DNA of 64,000 bases from Octopus sinensis (lineage: Eukaryota): positions 93,000,001-93,064,000 of the forward strand of contig NC_043006.1 of assembly GCF_006345805.1 (NCBI RefSeq). Reading direction: 5' to 3'. Positions 12,168-25,475 of this stretch are shown here, one piece after another. Position 1 is the stretch's first letter. Every line of letters starts with the position of its first letter. The notes beneath the pieces were generated by a model. That model searched no databases, had not been told where the DNA came from, and saw only the letters and a program-made list of their open reading frames with translations. The position numbers and the translations under genes are program-made.

Positions 12168-14069
12168 GAATAATATATATATATATATAAATCATATCAT
12201 ATGTAAATATAAATATATAGACGTAAAAATTGAATTTGTTATCCTTATACTATGTGTATCACACCATTGTAATATTCATTTCCTTAACAGGAGTAGTGAA
12301 ACAATTAGTTTATTGGAATGATATTTTTCTAAAACTTGAGAAATATAGCAATTTCTAAAAATATTTCAATTAATTCCACATTCATTAGTAAATGTTTTAT
12401 GATTAAATTTTAGTTTCTTTTAACTTCGCTGTTTAATCTTTCATATTTTGGGAGAGACACATCAACAGACGTAGGTAATATTGGGAAACTATATTTGCAA
12501 CAACAATGCAAAAAGATTTATTTGACGAATTTCAAATGAAAAACATTCTGTGAACCACTTAAAAATGTTAGAAGGTTTCAGTTCGTTAATAATAAGTTCT
12601 TGTCCAGTGATTTTTATTTCTTGCAAATTAATGACCACGACAAATTAGAATTGACAGTCAATATGTTAAGCTTCACCAAACCAAACTTAACTGACATTTA
12701 TTAATTTATTGGTTATATATTATAATTGAAATATTTCCAAGAGCCTAAGGAAATATTTGAACTATAGCTTTCATTGGCTGACCAATTTTAGTTTTACAAT
12801 TTATTGTATTATCGGCATACTGGAAATAGTAACTCAATTAGTGAGATCAAATGTGGAGGTGAACCGACGTCTTCCGACAAAGTGTGTGCTGCGAATCCTT
12901 CACAAATGATAAGACTGACAACAGTATCACTGAAGGCAATGATCCATCGATCAAATTTGTAGAATATGGTTATGGGCACACAAAAGGAAAAACAACTAAA
13001 CGAGAGATGATTGAAGTAAAATTGTGTTAGAGTTAACCGTATTGAAATATATATGAGAATGTGTAGCAAGAAATATAAGATACCTAGGAATCTCGCTTAA
13101 GTAGCCGTTGTTATGATTAAACGTCGTTAATGTCTATATATTCTAGATTCTTACACAACCTACTCATTCTGATATATAAATCACAGTAAACCGTTTATAC
13201 AGACATCGTACACTGTCCTATCACATAGCACATGAATGGATACATTAAAGAAATATTGCTTTATACCTGAGTATTTTTTAACTTACTGTTCACAGTTCAA
13301 TAACTATTTCTTTTTTTCGTCAACCTGAAGAGATAAATATGTTAATAGCTACAAGCCTAATTCATAGCATTTTGTGAAAGAAGCTACGATGATCGCCGAA
13401 AAGCAAGAAATAAGTCTTTGGCATAGCTGAGATTCCAATCAATATAAATTCCTAATGGAAAGCTATTCTGCTTTCTTTATAATTCGGGAAAATATAGAGG
13501 TCAGACAATTTCATTCTCGGGCCTTATTTGAAACATTCAGACTTGCTAAGAAATCAATATACAGGGAGATGCTTGATAAAACTTTCCCACATAAAAGTGA
13601 AGTGAAAAACAAGAGATATGTCCTTATAGTGGTGTTGTTGGTGTCCAGCACCAGTTTAACCCTGAATGAGCAAACCTGCGATCAAAGAACTTCCTGACAT
13701 AACCACCACCACCCATGCTTTTATGTTGGGCTACATTGAATGTTTTGTTTTTATATAAGAACGTGAAGATTATCTTCTGTGAGGCTTCGCTGCAATTTCT
13801 AATGGTTCGAAAGACCACGCAGGGGTTGATCTATTTGCTCGTTTATATGTATATACACTATACATACATACGTACACCCATTTATATATATGAATATATG
13901 CACTCATACCAATATATATAAGATACATGCATGCATACATACACAAACATATGTATATATAAGTAGGTATGGATACACACATTTGCACGTGTGCATCTAT
14001 GTATATATGCTTATAAATGAGTGTATATACATATACGTATGTATACATGTACTCACATACATACTAATA

Positions 14070-14174
<105 letters not shown>

Positions 14175-14555
14175 TAAGTGATGGAATGACATGCTGTCAA
14201 ATAATTAATACAAGACTATTCGTAAATTAATATTCTATAACATAATTTATATCTTATAACGTATAAACTCATTGTATTTCAATGATTCTAATTATTTGAG
14301 ATTTACAGAATATAGTAATGTGTCATATGCTCACAATGATACGAATTGTTTCTACTATCTCTTATTCCTTAAATTTTTCTTAACCATATCCAATAGAAAT
14401 GTGATGAATACAAGCTTAGGTGTTCATGTATATTTTATAACGATGTAAACTGAAATGCTTCCATTATGCGAATGAAACTAAGTTTTAAATATCATGCAAC
14501 GTCTATTTTATGTATTTTGCCTCCGGTATGACATGTCGAATCAAAATTATACTGT

Positions 14556-14940
14556 AACAAGAACACTCAGAGAGTGCAAACCTCCGCCAAGGCAACATCA
14601 ACGTCGTCCTTTCAATGATTAGCCAGAGAGGATTTTTAAAATGAGGATATCTGAAATAAACTCGACTGCGCTCACAAACGGGAATACTAACATTGAACCC
14701 GACCGCTCTCAAAAGTTAAGTAAAAATGCAGGAAAAATAATCCAGAATCCTTGTCTGGTACTGGATCGATCCCAAAATCTAATCAGTTCGGGGCAGTTAC
14801 AAGTCCAAACATCCCTGATAATTTCATCCGAATCCATCCGGCGGTTCTTGAGATATCTTGTCCACGGACAAACAAACAAACATACAAACAATCAAACACG
14901 ACTGAAAACAATACCTCCGGCTTCACTAAGGCGGAGGTAA
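14556..14940 (+). mobile_element. Non-autonomous Helentron/Helitron2-like (DINE/HINE-type) element
   Basis: Subterminal ACCTCCGCC (14580) is inverted to GGCGGAGGT (14930); terminal hairpin ACCTCCGG-CTTCACTAA-GGCGGAGGT; internal (ACAA)n; AA termini (TT on the other strand). Confidence 0.65.
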
Positions 14941-15149
14941 TTATATCCAATTTCATGTCAACGCAACTGGATTAATTTTGTATTGTTGCAATTAATTGGT
15001 ACCTAGTTTCTTTCCTATACTCTTCGCAGGGAATCAAGCAGGGAGTCAAGAGTTTTCGTATCATTTTAAGCTAATTATGAGAAAGATAAAAAATAGATGA
15101 AACCGGGAACGAAAAACTGGAAGTTATGACTCGCACAAATTAAACTTTA

Positions 15150-15283
15150 CGTGGCTGTGTTTAAGAAGGTTGTTTCAATTACACGGTCCTTAGTTCGGTC
15201 TTACTGCCTGGATACTTGAGCAAGTGGGCCGACTAATGCCTTGTGGTAGGATTCGATAAACGGAAACTGAAAGAAGCCCGTCG

Positions 15284-15290
<7 letters not shown>
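15150..15290 (+). mobile_element. OK-like tRNA SINE, 5' part
   Basis: GTGGCTGTGT head ... ACGGAAACTGAAAGAAGCCCGTCGTATAT, then microsatellite. Confidence 0.75.
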
Positions 15291-15324
<34 letters not shown>

Positions 15325-15333
15325 TGAAAGAAG

Positions 15334-15381
<48 letters not shown>

Positions 15382-15420
15382 AAGAGACAGACAGCCAAAT
15401 AGACAGATAGATAGATATAT
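15285..15420. repeat. (TA)n(GA)n(GATA)n microsatellite
   Basis: Direct reading. Confidence 0.9.
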
Positions 15421-15999
15421 AGATATTTTAATAAATTTTGTATTGGTATTTAATAAACAATTGATTACAAGTGGCTTTGTAATATACATCTAATTAATTC
15501 GGTATTGGTGCTATTTACGCTTCGAAAATGAGAAATATTGTTCAAAACTAAATCTTCCTCTAGAAAACATATTAAGTAATGGCGCAGCACTTTTCTCTCA
15601 ATGGCGTCAGCAGGGCTATAACAAAATATAGCATAGAAATTAATAGTTAATTTCATCATTTCTGAATTTATTTAATAATTCTGCAATTTAAATGGAAATC
15701 TAACCAAGAGATTTATTTCTTAAAATTTTTTAGTATCGTATTACTTTCAAAATTGTCTGTGTTTTGAGGGATTATCTAGTCAACAATTGACATTATATCA
15801 ATCATAGGTCATAATTCACGTTTAGAAAATGGGAATGGTGCCATAAATGTGTCTGCGTAAAATGTAGGTTGTCATCGCTAAAAGGTTTATCAATATCGTC
15901 CGATGTGAGACTACGATGTATGGATACCGGTAAGCGTGGATACAAGCATGCATACATACATTTGTGCGTACATACGTACATTTAGTATGTACACATGTA

Positions 16000-16049
16000 C
16001 ATGCATACATACATGCATACATTCGAACATGCATACATACATACATACA

Positions 16050-16078
<29 letters not shown>
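16000..16078. repeat. (ATAC)n microsatellite
   Basis: Direct reading. Confidence 0.9.
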
Positions 16079-16080
<2 letters not shown>

Positions 16081-16304
16081 TGTTGACGTCATAATTTAGA
16101 ATCTTCCATGATGTGAAATAATTCTTTCCTTTCTAGAAATTCTTAATTTCGAAACAATTAAAATAGTAAATGATAGAGTGTAAATAACTTAAACACGATA
16201 TTTATACGTTATTCCTTTAAAGCATTGTCTGCTTCGAGATTCCTTGCTCCAAGGAGGAATATTGTATGCTCATATGAAAGTTGGTAGATGATTTATAATG
16301 TCAG

Positions 16305-16332
16305 CAATATATATATATATTATATATATATA

Positions 16333-16375
<43 letters not shown>
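16305..16375. repeat. (TA)n microsatellite
   Basis: Direct reading. Confidence 0.95.
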
Positions 16376-16376
<1 letters not shown>

Positions 16377-16915
16377 TTTCCCTATTGATATGATTAATCA
16401 TTATAATTTTTGGATAATTTTCGGTTAAAGTTGGCGGTTTTTTATCGTAGCCAACGATAGGACTGCGATTGCGCAGAAAAATTTGAAAAGTTAGTTCGTA
16501 TAAACAGGGGACAGGTAGCGGTGCTTGTCTTCTGTCTTATATGTTTAACCCTAGGTTGGCCCTCACCGAAGAAGATCAGACCTTGCGAGTTCCCCCTGAC
16601 TTGCTAAAAGAAGATCAGAAACCAATTTGGTCCGGGGTACTTCATGGTAAATGTTTTTCATTTCCAAATTATTCCTGTCGAATTTTATCCGTTATTTTTG
16701 TGGTTTATAGAACCCAGCTGTTCTCTCTAATGTGCCGAATCTCACACTAAGTGGATTCCTTATGTGTATAAATATGCACTATATCGTATAAATAATATAT
16801 AGTCTTCTTGACTATTTTTTTTTGCACGTACCACTGGAAATGTAAATTTTGATTGAATATTTTAAATTTAATTAAATTCCATTTACCTTTAGATATGATA
16901 TATATATATATATAA

Positions 16916-16996
<81 letters not shown>

Positions 16997-17420
16997 AATT
17001 TGGAACAAACAGTAGCAGTTTGTCATTACTGTACTCGGCGTTTCGAATCTCGGAGGGAAGAGCTACAATATATTCTCTTCGGCTATTAATGGCAACAGAT
17101 GCTATGAAAGACCACTGAATAAAAGGGAAGTTATTCTAATAGATAGAAAAAGAAAAAAAGATAAAAAATACACACAACCATATTCTCACAGTACATAGAC
17201 ATAAAGCTCCTGCATTCACACCGTCTACATACGTACACACTCAAACATATATGTATGTACGTACTCATACATATCCACATACACACACATGTATATATGT
17301 ATGTATATCTGTACGCAACCTAATCCTCATATACAGAATTGACGTGCATACACATAAATACATATATGTATAGACATATATACGTATAATTATACAGAGA
17401 CATACATTCACACTCACGCA

Positions 17421-17505
<85 letters not shown>

Positions 17506-17519
17506 GTGTATACATATAC

Positions 17520-17640
17520 ACGCCCTGATACAGTCGGTATCTACATATCAAATTTGAGCGCAATCGGATGGAGGATACCCCCGATATCCTAGAAGACACA
17601 GACACACAGACAGACAGACAAAGCGGATTTTATATGATAG
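17520..17640 (-). mobile_element. 5' fragment of a non-autonomous Helitron-type element
   Basis: Minus strand reads CTATCATATAAAATCCGCTTTGTCTGTCTG...CCGATTGCGCTCAAATTTG, the TATAAA + (GTCT)n + CCGATT..AAATTT layout typical of such elements. Confidence 0.55.
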
Positions 17641-18005
17641 TTGTGTGTGTGTGTCTGTGTGTATGTATGTATCACATGGATACACACATATATATATATA
17701 TATATACTATGTATAATTCTCATCTACATGCATTCAGGGTAGTAGGAAACCAATGCGCATATGTCTCCCTCCACCCCGAACATAGAGCACAACTTCTTTA
17801 GAATATTTACAACGTTTTCTCGCCCATGGAAGAAAGACAGCCTGAAACCTTCTGTCCCCCAATATACCTTGTTACCTCCCGCCCCCCTCTCTCCCTCTAA
17901 CCTTCGTATGTGCTTCGTATTGCAATCCGACTTAACGATAAGACACCTTTCCTGTTTCTTGCAATTTCTCACACTGCTTCATTATATACAAGAGTGTGTG
18001 TATTT

Positions 18006-18048
<43 letters not shown>

Positions 18049-18068
18049 TGTGCGAGTGTATCTCTCTT

Positions 18069-18103
<35 letters not shown>

Positions 18104-18245
18104 TACTATATATATATCTATCCCAAAGGTTCAGTTCTTGAATTTAAACATATAGCGGAGTCTAAGGAACTTGTCTAGATGAGCCATCTTTCCATATTAA
18201 AAAAACCGCACATGCCACTACCGTTGGTATAAGGTTTACACTTAG

Positions 18246-18660
<415 letters not shown>

Positions 18661-19894
18661 AAGACGGGGAGAGGGTGAGAAATGACTACACAAATCGATC
18701 GCCCAATCGATAGATTAACTGCTGACTGATATATCTTGTTAATGTCTAACGTCAAAAACATGAATATATGGAAATAGGGAATGATTTAGAAATAGAAATA
18801 GAAACATACAAATTTAATTAGCATTATATAACGCGTAATCTATTGTGAATTAGCATATTTCATTGACAAGCATTTACATTAAAGGTGAGCTATAAATGTC
18901 ATACCATTTTGGATATTTTTGTCATTTTCAGAATGGTGAAGTTCTGCGAATGTTGCTTGCAATCTTTAGATTAATTTTCGTAATATACTTCGGAAGGCAC
19001 CAATCACACAATTTTAATTTCCCACAGGAATTTTATCTCTATTTCAATTTTCACGCCTTCACCCGCTTATTTCACTTATTATTGCTATCTCTGCTAATCT
19101 AGGAATATAATTCTTATTATAGAAGAGATAATTAGGATTTTATTAAATGAATTTTTGAGTTTTCATTTGCTTTACTAATCATATTGGGACTTGATAATTT
19201 ATTGATTAAATTTAACTAAAGAAAGATCCATAGCCTTTAGAAGTCGGTGTAATAGAAAATGAGAAGACACGTTAGTTGAGTTTTTGATTGGTAAACACAT
19301 ACATGGAGTGACACACATACACACAGAAAATTATGCGTAGATGTGTCAATATAAATGTGTATACAATCGTATATATGTGTGTGTGTGTGGGTGTGTGTGC
19401 ATTGTCTTCGCACATATAAAAACATAATACTTGTTATATGTGTACAAAAATGTATCTGTGTTTAGGTATATATGTACTTATACATATATATGTTTATATA
19501 GGTATATATATGTATGTATGCATATATATATATATATGTTTATATAGGGAAAAAAGGATGTATGTATATATATATGTATGAATGTATGAATATATATTAC
19601 ATGCACGTATATATACACGTGTGTGTGTGGGGGTATAGGAGTGGATAATCGTTAGCAACCAGAAAGGGCACATTTTACACACTCTCAATGCACACACACA
19701 CACGAACGCGCGCGCACATACACATACACACATACACACGTGTGTGTGTGTGTGTTGTGCGTACATGTGCGTGCGTGTGTGTACTTTACCATGTATCCTA
19801 GTAATATATAAACTTTTATTTCGAGTATATATATATAAATATTCGTGGGTGCGTATGCATGTGTGTGTATGTATGCGTGTATGTATTATACGCA

Positions 19895-19932
19895 TCGTGC
19901 GTTTCGAAACAATTGCTACCTCATCAGTCGGC
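19895..19932 (-). ncRNA. Truncated hammerhead-like motif
   Basis: GCCGA-CTGATGA-GGTAGCAATTGTTTC-GAAAC; stem II partly disrupted, 3' stem I partner absent. Confidence 0.4.
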
Positions 19933-20541
19933 AACAGATCCTCCGCGGCAGTACCTCTACTGCCAATTGTGCTCTATAACATCGGAATACACTGCGTCTT
20001 TTTGAATTCGTTGTATCATTCTTAAACCACCTCAGTACATGAAACGCGGCAGCAAGCTTCCAACGGTCAGTTTGTTTTAATAATCATCAAATATTTATTC
20101 CTCTCGGCTTCTGTAAATTGTGTAATTCACATATCCGCAGTGAAGCGTAAAACACTTTCGTACGCGGTTCAGATATCATCGGTTTTCTGTCCTTGCGAAG
20201 ACGAGGCCAGACAAGCACAAGCGTAAATAGATAGATGTGTATGTATAGACATTCAATCGTATAACTACACAAACTTCACTGAAACAAAACGAATACTTGA
20301 CAAGGCTACGGAAAGAGAAATCAATGATACACGAAGACAAAGAAGCAAAACAGGCGGCGGCCAACGCATAGAAATATGAAAGTATGAAAATACAAGAATG
20401 TGTACCATGAAAATAGAAAGAAAATCTAACGCTTAGGTTTACAGAAAGGCGAAAGGAGTAAGAAACTTTTGGAGAAAAGAAAGTGAGAATCCATCAAATT
20501 TATGACTACTCATTACTATAATATATAATGTATACTGTGTA

Positions 20542-20573
<32 letters not shown>

Positions 20574-20913
20574 GTATATTTATATATATATATATATATA
20601 GTTACTCCAGACCTGAACTAAGAGAAAACACAACAACGCGAGGACGTGGAACGAGTGTAGTCAGAATATATATATATATATGTACTAACAATATAGGATG
20701 AAGTCCCTTTCTCTACAGAAAAGGATTCCATCAAAAAGCGTGGCAGTATATTAAAAAAACCTTTACGGTTGAAGTATAAACATCTTATAATTAAGGGCTA
20801 AAGAAGGTTATTCTAAAGCCAATACACTGATTTATCCACTTATAATCCACTTGTTACAGGAAAATTGAACTGAAAGCGGGCAACTAACCTTTAGAAAATT
20901 TAAATTTCGTTAT

Positions 20914-20974
20914 CTCTATATTGAATCAATTTCGGAATTAATCCCTATAAAGGATACATTCTTCTTCAGTAGAG
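20914..20974 (-). ncRNA. Type I hammerhead ribozyme motif
   Basis: CTCTA-CTGAAGA-A-GAATgtATCCTTtatAGGGATtaATTC-C-GAAA-TTG[ATT]CAA-TA-TAGAG; 5 bp stem I, AUA triplet. Confidence 0.7.
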
Positions 20975-21252
20975 CTCACGAGGGGATATAAATAAAATAC
21001 TCACATGTGATCATGGAAAAAGCAGAAGCTAAAAACACAACCACATTTAAGTACATCATTTATCACTGCTTGTTACAAGGGGACCGGTAACCATTACAAT
21101 ATGTAGCGGCGATAGGTCAACACGTTGTTCTGAGACTGACCATGGAATTTTTATTTTTAGATATAAATGATGTACTTAAATGTAGTAGTGTTTTTAGCTT
21201 CTGCTTTTTCCATGATCACATGTGAGTTTTTTTATTTATATCCCCTCGTGAG

Positions 21253-21313
21253 CTCTACTGAACGAGAATGTATCCTTTATAGGGATTAATTTCGGAATTG
21301 ATTCAATATAGAG
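21253..21313 (+). ncRNA. Core-mutated hammerhead copy in the right arm
   Basis: CTGAACG replaces CTGAAGA and GGAA replaces GAAA; stems conserved. Confidence 0.55.
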
Positions 21314-21452
21314 ATAACGAAATTTAAATTTTCTAAAGGTTAGTCGCCCGCTTTCAGTTCAATTTTCCTGTAACAAGTGGATTATAAGTGGATAAATCAG
21401 TATATTGGCTTTAGAATAACCTTCTTTAGCCCTTAATTATAAGATATATATA

Positions 21453-21502
<50 letters not shown>

Positions 21503-21605
21503 ATATATATATATATACTTTGATACTTTGATAGGTTTCGGCCATTATTGGCCCAGGCCATGTCTAACTTAATAGCACCACCTGGTGCTATATATATATG
21601 TATAT

Positions 21606-21689
<84 letters not shown>

Positions 21690-21745
21690 TATATATATGT
21701 GTGTGTGTATATATATATATACATATATACATATATATATTAATC

Positions 21746-21930
21746 AAATCTCAGAACGAGATGTAAACAGTAATCGCTCGACAATGTAAAGTATAATAGC
21801 CATCTCAATATGGCTAACCACAAAGGGGGGTGTTACTGTAGCTTTTTAGCCCCAGGAGATCATCGTCTCCAACTGGCTATTATACTTTACATTGTCGAGC
21901 GATTACTGTTTACATCTCGTTCTGAGATTT
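21746..21930. repeat. Perfect 57 bp inverted repeat with 71 bp spacer
   Basis: 21746-21802 is the exact reverse complement of 21874-21930; the spacer recurs inverted at 22139-22207. Confidence 0.95.
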
Positions 21931-22035
21931 AATAATGCTTGTAAACAGTATTTAGAAATCAGTGACAGAAGTCACTAGAAAAATTCTTATATATTTGTAT
22001 ACAGGCTTTCCCTTTCATCGTGATCCGGGGATTAC

Positions 22036-22081
22036 CGCCCGTTGATAAGAAGCAACAACCTCGAAACCGCGGTCCGGTGCG
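22036..22081 (+). ncRNA. Decayed minimal hammerhead (PLE type)
   Basis: CGCCCG-TTGATAA-GAAGCAACAACCTC-GAAA-C[CGCG]G-TC-CGGTGCG; two core substitutions, palindromic loop III, GUC triplet. Confidence 0.6.
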
Positions 22082-22225
22082 TATCACTTAGGCTTACGAG
22101 AAAGGGATGGCCTCCCTTTGCAAATACCATAAGGGCACAGACGATGATCTCCTGGGGCTAAAAATCTACAATAACACCCCCCTTTGTGGTTAGCCATATT
22201 GAGATGGGTATTACACTTTATATAT

Positions 22226-22285
<60 letters not shown>

Positions 22286-22310
22286 AAGTATATCATTAAG
22301 CTTCCTACAT

Positions 22311-22342
<32 letters not shown>

Positions 22343-22415
22343 AAGTATATCATTAAGCTCCCTACATATGTTAAGCAGTTTTCTCTACCTTTCCTATCAC
22401 CCAAAAATAATTTGG

Positions 22416-23695
22416 TACGATGGGTGTTCATTAAAGATTTCCCTGCCCCACTTTCGTTCATTGGAGGAAACAGAACTCGTACAAGTGTATTCAAAAATAT
22501 TTCTAGATATCACATTGTAAATTTCAGCTTTCCACTTGTATTCGTTTGTCTTTTAGGTCTTCGGAAGTGGGCTAAGGTGCTATAATGGAGGCAGCTGAAT
22601 GCGTATCCGCGATCAGGTTCTTCAACTTGAAAGGTTGTACACCAAATGAGACTTTCGATGAGATGAAAGAAGTTTATGGCTACGATGCACCATCATGCAG
22701 CGTAGTCAAGCACTGGCATCACCAGTTCAAATATGGTTGCATGTCAGTGGAAATTGTTCCTGTTCCTGGACGACCATATTCCACCTTGATGACGACACCA
22801 TCCATAAGGTGTAAGCTGCCATTTTGGAGGATTACCACATAAATATTCTACAACTAGCCCAAGAAGAGAAGATAAGAGTAGGGTCCGGGGGAAAAATCAT
22901 TCACGACCATTTGCACATGTCGAAGTTATCAGCACGATGGATTCGCCGGATACACACACTTTTCCAGAAACAGGAACGAGGTAATTGCTCTCAGGCTCTT
23001 TTGGCGATGTGCAAGGAAAACGAGGAGGACTTTTTCGGCAGACACAGGATGAAACATGGTTCCACCACTATGATCCTGAGACTAAAGTCCAGTCGAAGCA
23101 ATGGATGCATGATAATTTACCACCTCCAAAAAGGCACGTGTCCAACCCTCAGCAGGCAAGATGATGCTCACAGTGTTTTGAAACCAGCGCGGAGTAGTGA
23201 TGATGGAATTTTTGTCAAAGGGCACCACAATTCACGGGGCATACTACGCTTCTCTGCTGCAGAAATTGCAGAACACCATCAAAGTGTGGCATGCTGACCA
23301 AAGGAGTCCGCCTCCTCCAAAACAACGCCCTAGTTCAAACTGGGCATGTTACCCAGATGAAAGCACACACCTGCGGCTATGAAATCCTTCCTCACCTACT
23401 TACTCTCCCGACCTTACATCGTCTGATTTCCACCTCTTTCCAACCATGAAGTCTTTTTTGAAGGGGAAGCAGTTTTCAGATGATGATGAACTTATTTCCG
23501 AGGTAAAGTCTTGACTCCAGACGCAACCTACCGACTTCTACAAACGAGGTCTTCACAGCTTTATAAAGGAATGGGAGGAAGTGTGTCGCCATTGGTGATG
23601 GCTACGTAGAAAAGGTCTAAAAATTGTGTCAAGCTTCGTTTATCCAAGTCCTTTGGAAACGGGTTAGGGGAAATCTTTAATGAACGCTCTCTGTA
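22416..23695 (+). mobile_element. Full-length decayed mariner (Tc1/mariner) transposon
   Basis: TA at both ends; TIR core GTTCATTAAAGATTTCCC / GGGAAATCTTTAATGAAC. Broken transposase from 22585 to about 23620: IRFFNLKG..P, PGRP, SARWI, DETWFHHYDPE, YSPDL..SDFHLF, GYVEKV*. Confidence 0.95.
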
Positions 23696-25443
23696 TCTTC
23701 ACATTTAATGTTGAACATTCTTCTAACATAGTGCAATGCTGCTCTGCGTTGTAACACGCTGCTCGTAAATTTGCATTAGATCTAAATCTTTCGCTTTAAG
23801 CATTATCTTTCAATATCACAATATGCTTTCTCAGATACTTCTCAGTTTTATTTTTGTTTTTTCCATGTTGAAGCTTCTCTAAAAAATAAACGATCAATAA
23901 TTCTGATTCTGTGTTATTTTCTTATGTCACAGCTTTTCTAGATTTTTTTTTTTTGCTTTTGGCCTCATCTCTCATATTTATGATAAATCATAATCATTGA
24001 CTATTTTCCTATCGCTGTACAATAAAATTCGCCTTTCTTTAGGTGAATCTGTCTTCTCTCCATGTCTTTTTGAACGTAATATATTTTCTTATATCGTTAG
24101 TCATTCTTGCTACCAAGCAACGCGCCAATGCTAGTAGCCGCCCAGCCTCTACGTAGACGCGTTAACTGCTAGAAATAATTCCCCACACTCACTCGTATCA
24201 TAGGCAACTGTCTTAGCTACATTTGTTTCAAATAATCCGTCATAGTAACGACTATGACTAAGACATAAATCTACCCGAGGAAAACTGGATGGGAAGAAAC
24301 AACAAGCACAAAAATGATATTTGAACGATTTAAATCCAAACCTTTATTGGTTATTGCAACATAGTAAGTAAGTAAATTGAAACTGCTTACAGGTACGTTT
24401 GTCCCTCTCAGGAAAACAAACTGGAAGACATGCTTACAACACCTATAAATTGAGACCACATTTCCATCTACTAAAGGATACAGAGGCAATCCACGGCAAA
24501 AAATCATCTCACAACAGAGAGCCCTCCTCCGTAAACACCACAGACAATCGAATATCGAGAGTATTAATCTACCTACGATGTTGGCTTTCTGGTTTTGTGT
24601 CACTGCAACAGCTAACAGTCGAACAGTAACACATATTTTCCCAGCGTAACATTATTCACTGCAAGTTTGTGACACTGAATTTTGTAACCCAACAGACATT
24701 GAAGTTTATAACTGAAGTGAGTAGCAATCAAGGAATTTCAAATAACAAAGAAAACATTTTAAAATTCACATGCAATACCATATATTGTTAGCAGGGAAAA
24801 CAATTTCTAAGTATACAAAATAGCGATTGGGTAAGCATACTCTATAGTTTCAGTTAAACAATTCAGAGTTACACACCATTGTTATAAATGACTATAAACA
24901 AGGAAATATGAGATATCTTCCGTGATGATTTAGGCCAACATATTTCTGTAATCGTCCAATGAATGTAAAACTTTCTGATCAGATTTAAAGGATATAGGAG
25001 TTGCATGGTTCAAATCACAACACAGCAGAACTAAATTCATTAAAATTAATAAAAACTTCTTTCTTTACGGATTCAAAATGATGATTACAAGATATAATTT
25101 TTTGCCCTTTCAGATGTAAGTATAAATTTCTCTGATATTCCATAAATTGTCTGCACAAACAATAGAAAATTTAGAGGTAATGATAATTGGTGTTGTGGAA
25201 TATATACGAGAAATGTCAATCAATCTGTGTTTGGGAGAAAATGTAAAATTCAGAGCTGCATAAAGTCACAAACTCATTATTTAAACTGAAACCAGCCACG
25301 TCAAGGTTTAAATCATTGGACTTCTCTCAAATTTCCTTCACTGCAAATCTAAGTAAAGGTGATAACGATAAACCTTCGTTAATAGATACATGCATGAACG
25401 TTTCTCCTACAAGGAGATTCAGTTATTCTGCATATACCCTCAC

Positions 25444-25475
<32 letters not shown>

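Larger units (their letters stand above)
20782..21445. mobile_element. Fold-back element of two inverted PLE pLTR-like arms (about 282 bp each, about 100 bp spacer)
   Basis: 20782-21063 is the near-perfect reverse complement of 21163-21445; each arm carries a hammerhead motif. Confidence 0.85.

Noticed and set aside
16560-16637. GAAACCAATTTGGTC-CGGGG resembling a hammerhead stem III with GUC
   Set aside because: No properly spaced CUGANGA core or stem II upstream.
21530-21592. Minus-strand GGCCA/TGGCC hairpin followed by GAAAC
   Set aside because: The 5' core is missing; at most a relic.
24290-24560. Possible LINE inter-domain remnant (RKTNWKTCLQHL...KGYRG)
   Set aside because: Similarity too weak to assign without a search.
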